NCBI GenBank assembly: GCA_951406725.2
Contig: OX597832.1
Span: forward strand, 42,656,001-42,720,000
Direction of reading: 5' to 3'
Length of the DNA stretch: 64,000 nt
From: Octopus vulgaris
Lineage: Eukaryota
Part shown: positions 13,254 to 27,142 of the stretch, one piece after another
Layout: each line of letters begins with the position of its first letter
How positions within the stretch are numbered: the stretch's first letter is position 1
Notes under the pieces: model-generated
Databases searched by the model: none
Told to the model about the DNA's origin: nothing
What the model saw: the letters and a program-made list of their open reading frames with translations, nothing else
Position numbers and translations under genes: made by a program

Positions 13254-13605
13254 ATATATATATATATATATATATACATACATGTATATTTATATATGCT
13301 CGTATAAACACATGCATCAATCTACAAACACACGCACACATAAACACACAATCATTTAGATCTCTGATGGTTCACTCCATCGCTACTTTCAGTTCTACAA
13401 CTCAGCAACTACTGATATATGTGTTTGTTGTGACAACTGAAAATTCGACACGATGTAATTTCTATATTTTTCTCACGTTTGCGCAAAATTAAACGTTTAT
13501 ATTTTCACGAAACAGTGCAAGAACAGTCAAGTGACCAGATAAAAACACCATGAATGTAAATACACACTCACGGCCGTCTAGTTCCTCCAGAAGCAGTGTT
13601 ATTGC

Positions 13606-13910
13606 TGTTTGTTCTTTCTCGAGCCATGCCTGGCTCATAAGGGCCGGTTTCCCGGTTTCCTTGGCGTATAGGTTCCCCACCTGGACGGTACGCCGGTCAT
13701 TCGCAGGTGAGCTGCAAGATGCAGGAGGAAAGAGTGAGAGAAAGTTGTGGCGAAAGAGTCAGCAGAAGTTTCGCCATTATTACCTTCTGCCAGAGCCGCG
13801 TGGAGCTTAGGTGTTTCGCTCATAAACACACACATCGCCTGGTCTGAGATTCGAACCCGCGATCCCTCGACCGCGATTCCGCTGCTCTAACCACTTGGCC
13901 ATGTGCCTCC
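13606..13910 (-). mobile_element. SINE family C, tail type 2
   Basis: Same head as 10670. Its tail ...GGAAACCGGGAAACCGGCCCTTATGAGCC is also seen, diverged, at 8305-8430. Confidence 0.85.
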
Positions 13911-15139
13911 ACCCAGAAGCATTGTACGGGACCAAAATTCTTCCTCACGTCACTCCCTGTTATAAATCCCTATATCATAGACACTCAGTCGCGAGTGATT
14001 CTATGGAATCATTCTCTCGACTGGAAGGTTCAATTTTTGTTGCGATGTCCTGGATTTGTGACCCTTAATGACTCTGAGCGCTATACCATTACGACGCAAG
14101 CTGGACAAATCAAGGGACTGAGACTTCACTGACATGGACCACCTCTCAGCTTGTTAGAAATATAAACCAAATCTTTCTCGAATTTCACTCTAGTGGTCTT
14201 AAAGAAAGGAAGGACATAGCGAATAATGTAGGCTGAAATAAACAATGTCTGAAAAGACGGAATGCTCACAGCTTGGATGTCTTTGATTATAGGTCTGTTC
14301 GAGCAGAACTGAATTGTATTCATGCAACATCCATCCAAGACGTATAACTGGAATTAGCCGAAGTTAGTCGAAGATAACCGTAGTTGCACGAAGATGCTTA
14401 TTCAGACATGAGTAGGCAGCTTTATGGCAATTGTCTCCTCTCCGTGTTCTCTTTAAAAAACATTTTCATTGGCCGTTGTTCTTCTCTTTAAAAACGTTTT
14501 CATTGGCCATACACATTCCTCAAATTGTCAAGTGGACAGAAAAGGGAGAAAATTGAGACGCTAACCACATGACAAAGAACAACAACAACAGCTGCAGTAA
14601 AAACAACCTCAGCAACAACTACTGCAGGGTCAACAGCAGCAACAACAACAAAAACAGCAGCAGTAGCAGCAGCAGTAGTAACAACAGCAGCAACTTTAAC
14701 AACACCAACTACAATAACAGCAGTAGCAACAACATCAACAACGCCGTATCTTAGTCGTGATAGGTAGGTTATTACTCCTCGATTCTGCAAGACTTCAAAG
14801 ATTTGTGAAATGGTATATGTGGTTGACAGCAGAAAAGCTTCGGTGGTGAGGGTACGGGATGGAATGGTCCGAATACTTGCAATGAAAGTAAACTCCGCGG
14901 AAGATAACCGAGGACCAGGTGATGTGTTAAAGAACGCGGTTTCGATTCCCAGACAGGGCATTGTGAGTGTTTATTGAGCAAAAACACCTGATGTATTAAA
15001 CCACGAAGCATGTTGAACAATCCGCTTATGTTTACACGTGTCTACATGTACCGCTGGGTATACTGTACGGGGAGATGACATCCATATTGACGGAATGTAT
15101 TCAAAAGATCCATTCTGTCCACAATTAATGCAACTCGTT

Positions 15140-15428
15140 GATAGAACTGGCACGGAACAGCTTGCTCGTGAAATTAACGTGCAAGTGGCTGAGCACTCCG
15201 CAGAAACGCGTACCCCTAATGTAGTTCTCAGGGGGACTCAGCGTGATACAGGATGTGACAAGGCTGGCCCTTTGAATTACAGGTATAACTCGTTTTGGCA
15301 AGTTGAGTGGACTGGAGTAACGTAAAATAAAGTATCTTGCTCAAGGATTCGACGCGCCGCCGGGAATCGAAATTACGACCTTAGGATCATGAATCGAATG
15401 CCCTAACCACTACCCCACGCACCTTCAC
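15140..15428 (-). mobile_element. Diverged SINE with a family C type-3-like tail
   Basis: cgtgaaattaacgtgcaagtggctgagcactcc...gacaaggctggcccttt matches 41280-41400. tRNA-like head at 15360-15428. Confidence 0.65.
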
Positions 15429-16123
15429 TTATTAATACTAACCGGGGGGAGATATTAGTATGAAATACATCAACTGCAAGGAAATATACTGAGACTGACT
15501 CTATTCTCAAACGCATGCGCACACATGTCGGTATGTAAATATGCCCGCATATACACATACAAACACATAAAACTCACTCGCGCGCACACACACGCACATG
15601 CACACACACATACGTGCACGCACAGTCGTACTCAAACAATCACACAAGCACACACACACACAGACATACAAATTTTCTTATGCTTTAATTTTGTTACAGT
15701 TATCACACATTGGATTGCCGCCATGCTGGGGCACCACCATCAGCGCTTATTCCATTATTTATGAATCCTAGTGCGTGTTCCAGGCCTAAGCATATATTTT
15801 ATCGATCGATACATGTCGAGTGGCGAAGTTAGCAATCTCACACAGCACCGGTTTCTAACAGGCAGAGTTGAACACATAAACATACTTACTGACTCAAACA
15901 CACATACATGCACACATAGATACATACAAAAATGCATTCTTATATATATATACATACCCACAGGCATACATACATGCATACGTACATCCATTAACACATA
16001 CATTCATTCATACATACACACACACACACATATATATATATATACATATATATACACACATATAGCGAGTCAGATGTCCTGTTATGGCCATTACTTATGT
16101 GTTTAAATGTACACTGTATTTTT

Positions 16124-16188
<65 letters not shown>

Positions 16189-16402
16189 CATACATATATA
16201 CAGACATACACACATATATATACAAATACACCCACACAGGCTTACACAGAGGCACACCCACGCAGGCATACACACACACACACGCAAATACACACATACA
16301 CATACGCATATTCATATATTTTAAACATATACACAAACACACAGACACAAATACACACATACATATATGTACATGTATACATATATGTGTATACATTTAT
16401 AC

Positions 16403-16456
<54 letters not shown>

Positions 16457-17263
16457 TACTTTTGTTTGTCTGTATTTGCGTGCATACATACGTACATACA
16501 TACATACATACACACATAAATACATACACAAACATATATACATACATACACACATACACACTCACAAAGACATAAATTTTTATAGAGTTATGGAATCGTG
16601 ATAAGCTTCGCAAATAATATTCAAAGCAGTCGGAGTTGCTGCATATCGTTCGTTCGTTTAGTCTGCAGCAATAATGTATGTTTGGCGAGAGATAAAGGAG
16701 ACGGCGTCTGTTTTTAAGTTTGCATCGTTGCCGTCACTGACTCACGCAACATCCAACCTATCGCAACAATGCACACTTCACCGACTTTATTAGAAGACAA
16801 CCAAAGACATGCACAGGCTGACTTATATATATATAACGGTGACATGCGTAAATACACACACACTCATACGAAGAAATCCGCTCGCACACACACACATGCA
16901 CACGCATACACACGCACAATTATAATGTCCTGGTTGGGTGAAAAGATGTTTGCAATGAGACACTCAACTCGATTTCTGGGATATCAACACTGTCGGATTC
17001 CAGACTAATACCGAAATTCTTTAGGTGTTAAAAATGCTGGTTTTGCAAGTTTGACGCAAGTCTGACGAAACGTCACCCTAAAAACTAAAACTGTATATAT
17101 TACGTAAATTTTTGCGTGAATTTTTGCACGTAGATCAGGTACAGAAAATACCTTTAACTGATTATTAAGGATGTGTTAAAGTATTTCTTTGTTTTATTAT
17201 TTCGATTATATATGCATACATACATACATACACACACATATACATACTTACATACATATATAC

Positions 17264-17318
<55 letters not shown>

Positions 17319-17320
17319 CC

Positions 17321-17374
<54 letters not shown>

Positions 17375-17376
17375 CC

Positions 17377-17436
<60 letters not shown>

Positions 17437-17587
17437 TAAATTAGAGATAAAACCACTATTAGGCAAATCATGCAATGAAAAACTTAAGGCAATACATAAG
17501 ATTAATTAATTTATATTATTTTAAATATATATCAGAATTATTAAAAATATATATATATACTCGTATATATATATATGTATGTGTGTG

Positions 17588-18004
17588 TGTTTAGCCTCTT
17601 GTGGGTAGTAAAGAAATAGAAATAGGTATTTCGCCTGTCTACATTCTGAGTTCAAATTCCACCGAGGTCCACTTTGCCTTTCATCCTTTCGGAGTCGATT
17701 AAATAAGTACCAGTTATGCACTGGGGTTGATGCAATCGGCTTAATCCATTTGTCTGTCCTTGTTTTTTCCCTTCTATGTTTATCCCCTTGCGGGCAGTAA
17801 AGAAATAAGAATCGTTAGCACGCCGAGAGAAATGCTTAACGGCATTTCGTCTGTCTTTACACTCTTGAGTTCAAATTTCGTCGATATCGACTTCGCCTTT
17901 CGTCCTTTCAGGGTCGATAAATTAAGTACCAGTTGCGTCCTGGGGTCGATCTAATCGACTGGTTCCATCCCCCCAAATTTCGGGCCTTGTGCCTAGAGTA
18001 GAAA
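17588..18004 (+). mobile_element. SINE family B tandem cluster
   Basis: A tail fragment, a headless unit, then a unit with a partial head. Junction aaataggtatttcg at about 17620. Confidence 0.8.
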
Positions 18005-19441
18005 ATAATATAAACAGTTTTTTTAAATAATGCAGATATTAAGCTAGCTCTTATGGTTAAAAGAAATCCATGTTAAAAATCCCCCGACTTAAACGTTTCA
18101 AGAAGATGAAGTCAATATCTAAAAAAAAAAAATCTTAAGAAATATGGAAGACAATAATAACAAAATTAATAGGAATTAAAATGACAGTTTTCTAAAGAAG
18201 GGAAGAGAAATTTAGTAAGATATCAATTTTGGTATAAGAAAATGTATGTGATATATATTCATATTAATAAATTAGAAAATAAAAGATCGTAAAGATATAA
18301 ATGAATGATAAAGTGAAACTAAATAAAAGTTGATATCGACCATATTTTCAAAATATAGGGATTGATATCAGCAAGAGAAATATGGACAATATTAAATTAA
18401 CAAATAGTAGTTTAAAGATATAAGTAAATATTTGAAGAAAAGAATCTTAAAATGTATGGGAGACAATAAAAATAAAATCAATAAAAATAGAAACATTTGG
18501 AAGAAAATCTGAGATAAAGAGGAAATATGTGTGCATGGAAGTAGGTGAGAAAATAGAAGGAGAGCAAGAGAGTAAAAGGAAACGAAGAAAGCAAAACGAA
18601 AGAAGGATGAAATATTTAGATGAGAGAACTAAAATTCAGAAAGATAAAGAGAAACTATAGAAAAATTGAGAGAAGAAAGTGGCGAAAAAGAAAAAGGAGA
18701 AGAGAAAAGGAAAATAATGAGTAGGTGGTGGATATTTGCAAATTGTGAAGTTTACATTTGGGTAATGAAGAAAGCGTATATTTATGAGGAAGGAAGGTAA
18801 AAAGAAATGAAAGTGTAAGGTATATGATTATGTCAGTATCGGACCAAACAGAAAGGGGAAAAAATAACGGCAAAGGAGATGAAGAAGTAAATGTGTTAAA
18901 TATTAGGAAGATGCGTTGATGGTTGCATAAGTATGCTAATAGTTGAAGAGAACGGAAAGACAGAAATTTAGAGTATCGTAGAGAATAGGATAGAAAAACT
19001 GAGATGGAGAGAAAGAAGAAGAAGAAGAAGAAGAAGAAGAAGAAGAAGAAGAAGAAGAAGAAGAAGAAGAGAGATCTATAGTAATGGAAATGAAAGCTGA
19101 CTGCCACTTAAATAGTGAAATGGCGTGCCAATTTCAATAGAGTAAAACAAAACTTCTGGTTATGAGAAACGTGTGAAGTCAGTTTGCGTACGAAATAGCC
19201 TTGAGCAAGATTTAGCTCAGAGGAAGACTTTCACTCCAAAAACCCAAAATACAGCTTTAGGGCAAAATCTTAATTGGTTATTTACATTACTTCAAACTCA
19301 ATGGGCAATGTGTGTGTGTGTGTGCGTGTGCGTGTGTGTGTTATCTTTTCTTTTATTTTTTACTTGTTTCAGTCATTAGAACTGCAGCCTTCTTCTGCAC
19401 TGTGAGGCATTCGACATTGTTGATAATTTGCAACGTACATA

Positions 19442-19734
<293 letters not shown>

Positions 19735-19749
19735 CATAGATATACATAG

Positions 19750-19804
<55 letters not shown>

Positions 19805-19806
<2 letters not shown>

Positions 19807-20025
19807 GAGGCGCAATGGCCTAGTGGTTAGGGCAGCGGACTTGCGGTCGGAGGATCGCGGTTTCGATTCCCAGACCGGGCGTTGTGTGTGTTTATTGAGC
19901 GAAAATACCTAAAAGCTCCACGAGGCTCCGGCAGGAGGTGGTGATCCCTGCTGTACTCTTTCACCACTCTAAAAGGCGGTGCTCCAGCATGGCCGCAGTC
20001 AAAATGACTGAAACAAGTACAAAAA
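19805..20025 (+). mobile_element. Chimeric SINE: family C head with family A tail
   Basis: Family C sequence runs to ...ctttcaccactct (19970), followed directly by aaaaggcggtgctccagcatggccgcagtcaaaatgactgaaacaagta. Confidence 0.8.
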
Positions 20026-21011
20026 AAAATATATATATATATATATGTATGTATATATATATGTGCGTATATTTATGGAACTGAACCTTGAACCTTGTGG
20101 TTAGGAAGCAAGCTTTTTACCACACAGCCATGTATGTATGCGCGTGCGTACGTACGTACGTACATATGTATGTATGTTTGTGTATATGTGTGTGATTTTT
20201 CAGTTTTATGTCAAGATTTCTTGCCAATAGAGAAAGAGTCGGTTTCTAACCTAGATCTAAGACCCTTTCATTGGAATTTCAACATCAACATCAGGGTATT
20301 TCTGTATGTATGTATGTATACATGTATGTATGTATGTATGTATGTATGTATGTATGTATGTATGTATGTATGTATGTATGTGTATGTATGTATGTACAAG
20401 ACATTGTAGATCTTTGGCTGGGCGAAAAAGTCACATTCGATCACAGCACCAGTAACAGTTAAGCTTCGTGCAATGGCCATACTCGATAACGAGGGGGCAG
20501 CCATAATGTATGTATGTATGTATGTATGTATGTATGTATGTATGTATGTGTGTGCGTGCGTACGTGTGTATGTATGAATGTATGTATGTATGTACGTGTG
20601 TATGGATGCACGTATGCATGTGTGTATGTATGTAATATACAGAGAACAGGTTTGGTATTTAATGCTTTATAGCTCATTACACACGTTTCATTAAATCGCT
20701 GCCATTATTACATAACAGTTTATATATATCATCATTTTCTGTCCCATTCCCATTTAACCTGACAACCAGCAACATGCTGTTTCCCTGATTTGTAACCCGA
20801 GCCGTAATGACTTTCCTTCTATCGGTATTGTCTTTGTTATTATCGCTGGTGTTATTAATTTTTGTGCTTTTCTGGTCACACCTCCTGGGTTTGAGAGAAG
20901 CGTGGCCTTGGACGTCAATGATAATTTTTTTCTACCTTCTTCTGCACTGTGCGGCATTCGACATTGTTGATAATTTGCAACGCATACGTATATATGTATG
21001 TATGTATGTAT

Positions 21012-21052
<41 letters not shown>

Positions 21053-21056
<4 letters not shown>

Positions 21057-21240
21057 ATCCAAACAAGAAAACACAAAAAAAACACAACAACGCGAGGATG
21101 TGGGACAAATACAGTATTATTGGACGCTCAGGAAAGAAGGAAAGAAGGAGGGTTTAACGTTTCGAGCGGAGCTCTTCGTCGGAAACATAGGAGAAGGAAA
21201 GATCCCGAGAAGGGAAGACAGAGGAAAAAAATCGCCAATG
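21053..21240 (-). mobile_element. Penelope-like pseudo-LTR family P2 inside (TA)n, with hammerhead motif at 21152-21186
   Basis: Minus strand gttt-CCGACGAA-GAGC-tcc-GCTC-GAAA-CGTT-aaac. Homologous to 39648-39835 and, diverged, to 35878-36070. Confidence 0.7.
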
Positions 21241-21319
<79 letters not shown>

Positions 21320-21326
<7 letters not shown>

Positions 21327-21613
21327 AATTTATAAGTAAGTGTAAAAGAAAAAAATTTCTAATGCCAAAATATGCCGAAAATGGACACAACGTCAATAAC
21401 CATGTAATTTATCACTATAAGCCCGTATTTCGAGGAAGGCCAACAGAAATTTCTCATATGGTAATAACGGCATTTTTTTAGAAATTTCTGTTGGCCTTCC
21501 TCGAAATACGGGCTTGCAGTGATAAATTACATGGTTATTGACGTAGTGTCCATTTTTGGCATATTTTGGCATTAGAAATTTTTTCTTTTGCCCTTACTTA
21601 TAAATTGTTTATA
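21320..21613. repeat. Inverted repeat with ~135-bp arms and a 25-nt spacer, inside (TA)n
   Basis: 21320-21454 is the near-perfect reverse complement of 21480-21613. Confidence 0.95.
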
Positions 21614-21702
21614 AATTTAACCTTTAAAGGTATTTTTTAATATGCTGGCCATTGCTAGAATTTTTTTCAAAAAATTTTTCCTAAATTATATATACATATA
21701 CA

Positions 21703-21795
<93 letters not shown>

Positions 21796-21798
<3 letters not shown>

Positions 21799-22797
21799 AA
21801 AGTAAAGAAGCTATACTCGGTATACAAAGAATCTGTATAGTTTAAGAAACAAGTGATGACGGAGGAACCTAGGATGAAGATGAGGGAGAAAGTAAACCCA
21901 GTTTGCTAACAGAGTTAAGGAAGAGATGAAAAAAACAAGCCCAGAAGAAGAGCAAAGAAGAATGGCTAGAAAAATCGATGCAAGGACGATACCTATGTAG
22001 AGTAAACAAGCCAGACGTAGAAAAACGAGACACTCATGTATGGAAGAAGAGCTCAAGAATGAAAGCTGAAAACCGAAGGTTTTATCATCATAGTAGCACA
22101 AAATCAAATCTTAGCAATCAGGGCTTACCACAACAAAATAATGAACGATAGCACTGACCCGAAATGTAGAATGTGTCATGAGCAGGATGAAACAGCGAAC
22201 TACATCTTAACTGGATGCACAGCGCTTGCAAAAACCAAATATATTCGCAGACACGATAGAGTAGCGCAATATATCCATTGGAAGATATGTAAGCACTACA
22301 AGGTTCCAATTTCAGAAAGATGGTACCAGCATAAGGCTGAAGCTGTGACCGGAAAAGATGAAGTAACAGTGCTCTGAGACATGCCAATCAACACGGATAA
22401 AGAAATCAAGGCAAACAGGCCGGACATAATCATCAAAGATTAGAAGAATGAGAAATGCTTAATGATAGATGTGACAGTACTATCAGAGAGATATGTGTCC
22501 ATTTAAGAAGTTGAGAAGTTAGTTAAGTACAAAGACCTAGAAGTGACCAAGATGTGGGGAATGAAAAGCAGCACAGCACCAGTGGTGATTGGATTTTAGA
22601 GCTAATTAAATAGGGCCTTGATAAGCAGCTCAACAAACTTCCTTGCAGTGTTAACGTGGGAAAACTTCAGAAAATAGTGTTGCTACGTTCTGCTCACATT
22701 TTTCGTCGTGTACTCTCCATGAGATGAGAACCTGCTGTGACCCCAGGGTCAAGGAATGACCCCGGTTCAGCAGAAGACAACGGACCATATTTTATTT
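21796..22797 (+). pseudogene. R4/Dong-clade non-LTR retrotransposon 3' fragment (zinc knuckle and restriction-like endonuclease)
   Basis: CRMCHEQDETANYILTGC knuckle, RHDRVAQYIHW, RPDIIIKD...IDV, EKLVKYKDL and LQKIVLLRSAHIFRRVLSMR*, with stops and frameshifts. The 3' end abuts (TAA)n. Confidence 0.9.
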
Positions 22798-22800
22798 TAA

Positions 22801-22869
<69 letters not shown>

Positions 22870-22902
22870 TAATATATTAATATAATAATAAGAATACTAA
22901 TA

Positions 22903-22981
<79 letters not shown>

Positions 22982-23010
22982 TTGATAACAGCAACAACAA
23001 TAATAATAAT

Positions 23011-23225
23011 ACTTTCTACTATAGGCACAAGGCCTGAAATTTTGGTGGAGGGGGCCAGTCGATTAGATCGACCCCAGTACGCAACTGGTACTTAATTTAT
23101 CGACTCCAGAGAGGATGAAAGGCAAAGTCGACCTCGGCGGAATTTGAACTCAGAATGTAGCGACGGGCGAAATATCGCCAAGGATTTCGTCCAGCGTGCT
23201 AACGATTCTGCCAGCTCGCCGCCTT
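23011..23225 (-). mobile_element. SINE family B inserted in (TAA)n
   Basis: Full head GGCGGCGAGCTGGCAGAATCGTTAGC with (TAA)n on both sides. Confidence 0.9.
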
Positions 23226-23226
23226 C

Positions 23227-23357
<131 letters not shown>

Positions 23358-23560
23358 TGATAATAATAATAATACGCTGTGAAAACAACATCCACTCATG
23401 AATTTATTTTATTAATTTTTAAAATACATATTTTACCTATGAATTTGCGCGTGTAATCTGGGAATGCATACAATGAGCTTCTCTGCCCTAGGTGTACGGA
23501 AAAACACCCGGCAAGAAATGGAAGAAAATTTGAAGAAAGAAAAGTAATAATAATAATGAT

Positions 23561-23600
<40 letters not shown>

Positions 23601-24119
23601 GCAACAATAATAATAATAATAATGATAAAAATGATAATTTGAAAGAATTAACAGTTCAGGATCGAACCTGCGTCGCTGTTTCTGTTAGATTACAACTGAT
23701 ACCACCGTGTTTACTATTTATAAATTGCAACAGTAATTAAGCTATCTCTGTCTTATTAGCATCAGCAATGTTAAGACGAAGCCAATTAGCAGAGGTGGGG
23801 GGGATATAAAGGCAAAGTGAGATAGATGGATAATGAGTGAGAGAGAGAGGGAGAGAAGGGGAGACAGAGGGAGAGAAGGGGAGAGAGAGTGAGGGAGAGG
23901 GAAAAATAAGAGAGAGAGAGAGAGAGAGGAGGATCCAACTAAATGGGTGGAGACAAGGGGGGTGAACGGGGGTGGGGGTTGATGTGAAACAATTAGCCAG
24001 ACATGACTAATCCAATTAGCAGGTGACTGCAGTAATATCTGTTTTGTTTGACGTAACTCACGCAGCGGCATAAGTCTTCCATAATGAATAGAGCGGAAAA
24101 CAATGGCGAACATTGGCGG

Positions 24120-24860
24120 CTGTCACAGTGGTGGTGGAGGCGGTGGTGGTGGTGGTGATAGTTGGGATTATGAAGGTGGCGGCGTTGGTGAGGGTAGTGG
24201 TTGTGGTGGCAGTGGTTGTTCTGTTGGTGGTAGTGGTGGCTGTGATGGTGGTGGCGATGGTAGTTGTATTGGTGGTAGTGGAGGCGGTGGTGGTTGTAGT
24301 GCTGGTAGTGGTTGTGGATTGTGGTGATAGTTTTGATTATGATGGTGGTGGCGGCGTTGGTGAGGGTAGTGGTTGTGGTGGTAGTGGTTGTGGTAGTGGT
24401 GGCTATGATGGTGGTGGCGACGGTAGTTGTATTGGTGGTGGTGATGACGGTGGTGGTTGTAGTGCTGGTAGTGGTTGTGGTGGTGGTGATAGTTGTGATT
24501 ATGATGGTGGTGGCGGCGTTGGTGAGGGTAGTGGTCGTGGTGGCAGTGGTTGTTCTGGTGGTGGTAGTGGTTGTGGTAGTGGTGGCTGTGATGGTGGTGG
24601 CGATGGTAGTTGTATTGGTGGTAGTGGAGGCGGTGGTGGTTGTAGTGGGTAGTGGTTGTGGTGGTGGTGATAGTTGTGATTATGATGGTGGTGGCGGCGT
24701 TGGTGAGGGTAGTGGTCGTGGTGGCAGTGGTTGTTCTGGTGGTGGTAGTGGTTGTGGTAGTGGTGGCTGTGATGGTGGTGGCGATGGTAGTTGTACTGGT
24801 GGTAGTGGTGGCGGTGATGGTTGTGGTGGTGATGACGGTGGTCTGTTATGGTAGTGGAGG
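24120..24860. repeat. Higher-order minisatellite (4 units of ~160-180 bp) built on (GGT)n
   Basis: The anchor gatagtt(g/t)(g/t)gattatga recurs at about 24157, 24326, 24488 and 24669. Confidence 0.85.
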
Positions 24861-24990
24861 CAGTGGTGGTTGTGGTTGTGGTGTGGTTACAGTGATAATG
24901 GTTGTGTGGTAGCGGTTGTGATAGTGGCGTGGTCGTGAGATGATAGTTACGGTGAAGTTGCAGTGGTTGCGGTAGTGGGGTGTAGTGTTA

Positions 24991-25517
24991 GGACAGACAA
25001 ACGGATTAAGTCGATTACATCGACCCCAGTGCGTAACTGGTACTTAATTTATCGACCCCGAAAGGATGAAAGGCAAAGTCGACCTCGGTGGAATTTGAAC
25101 TCAGAACGTAACGGCAGACGAAATACCTATTTCTTTACTACCCACAAGGGGTTAAACACAGAGAGGACAAACAAGGACATACAAACGGATTAAGTCGATT
25201 ATATCGACCCCAGTGCGTAACTGGTACTTAATTTATCGACCCCGAAAGGATGAAAGGCAAAGTCGACCTCGGCGGAATTTGAACTCAGAACGTAACGGCA
25301 GACGAAATACCTATTTCTTTACTACCCACAAGGGGCTAAACATAGAGGGGACAAACAAGGACAGACAAACGGATTAAGTCGATTATATCGACCCCAGTGC
25401 GTAACTGGTACTTAATTTATCGACCTCGGCGGAATTTGAACTCAGAACGTAACGACAGACAAAATATCGCTAAGCATTTCGCCCGGCGTGCTAACGTTTC
25501 TGCCAGCTCGCCGCCTT
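24991..25517 (-). mobile_element. SINE family B head-to-tail concatemer, 184-bp period
   Basis: acggattaagtcgatt at 25001, 25185 and 25369, with a single head at 25470-25517. Confidence 0.9.
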
Positions 25518-25703
25518 CTAAATACCATGTAGCAATTTTTTTGTTGCCATTCGTTGTTCCAACCCTGCAAACATTTTTATTAATTGCAATTACATTTATT
25601 ACAGACAACAGGTTATAAAAATAACAAGAGAAATCAATAAGTTTTAAAAAAATAATCAGCAGATTTATTTTCGTTTCTTCTTCTTTCAACAATTCATTGA
25701 CAT

Positions 25704-25776
<73 letters not shown>

Positions 25777-26024
25777 CAATAATAATAATAATAACAACAA
25801 CAACAATAATAATAATACCAACAACAACAATAATAATAATAATAACAACAACAACAATAATAATAATAATAACAACAACAACAATAATAATAATAACAAT
25901 AATAATAATAATGATAATAATAACAACATCAACTACAACAACAACAACAATAATAATAATAATAACAACAACAACAACAACAACAACAATAATAATAATA
26001 ATAATAAAAAAATATGTCTGTTGT

Positions 26025-26220
26025 TTTGTGTTTGTGTTTGTCCTCCATCACCGTAACTTAGCAGTTCGGCAAAAAGGGATTGACAGAAAAACTACCAGGT
26101 TTAAGAAACAAAAATACGTACTTGGATGTGGGAGCGGAGATTGATTCTGGAAAAAATCCTTGAAGGCGGTGCCCCAGCATGGCCATAGTCTAATGGCTGA
26201 AACAAATAAAAGAATAAAAG
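26025..26220 (+). mobile_element. SINE family A 3' half, diverged
   Basis: cgtaacttagcagttcggcaaaa...ggcggtgccccagcatggcc...gaaacaaataaaagaataaaag. Confidence 0.75.
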
Positions 26221-27003
26221 ATTTACCGTTTAACCATTTGAAACAAACTCTAGAACCAGCACTTTGTTCAACCATTTCTCCATTTCTCCCAGAGCTGTCA
26301 CAACCCTTTGGAGACCACTCCCGACCTATCTTTATCCCACAGATATGCAAACCTGAATGTTGGCCACCAACCACATTCTTATCTAAACTGTCAAGGAATC
26401 TCAGCAACATTTTAATCTTCTATATTCGAGAAGCCATTATATTTTTGAGTCTAGATTGCTAAGAATTACAAAAGCCTCTTTAATTTTAACCTTCCAAGCA
26501 TATCACAATGATATTCTTTGTCTTATTAACACAGAAATCCCAAGACCTCATTTAAACCTTCTCTGCGTATCAGTATTATATTCTCACCTAAATTACTCAG
26601 AAATCTCAAGGTTTTTTTTTCTAGCGTTATTCACAGATGTAACTTTAAATGAGGGCGTTTTTTTTTTTCTTTCCATGTTTCTCTTTTTTGTTTCTTTTTA
26701 CGCAGAAAAGTTTTGCAAAAACAAAAATAGTAATTTAAAGGAAGAATTCACTAATATTTTTCTTTCGCCATGAAATTCAAAACGATATGTAACCAAAATC
26801 TCAGCACCTGTCTTTAAACCCACTTCCTTTCTGCAAGACATTTTCTGTTTTTTTTTTTTTTTTTTTTTTTTTGTAATTCTTTCTTCGCCTTCACTCCACT
26901 CTCTGCTGTCAACACTCAAATGCTAAACACGACTGAATACCCCAATCCAACATTGGGGCGTCACACAGAGAATACCCCAGAATATATGATGACACCCGGA
27001 GGC

Positions 27004-27034
<31 letters not shown>

Positions 27035-27142
27035 GCGTGTGTGTGTGTGTGTGTGATGTATAGTGTTACGCTAAGCAGTTTAAACATGAATGCTGATTCA
27101 GCCCAGCCTATCTATCACTGCAAACCGTACACCCCACGAGTG

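Noticed and set aside
24991-25517. Regularly spaced repeats suggestive of a CRISPR array
   Set aside because: Whole units repeat with no unique spacers, the context is a eukaryotic SINE, and there are no cas genes.
26220-26620. Possible LINE AP-endonuclease remnant on the minus strand
   Set aside because: Only vague motif echoes; a profile search is needed.
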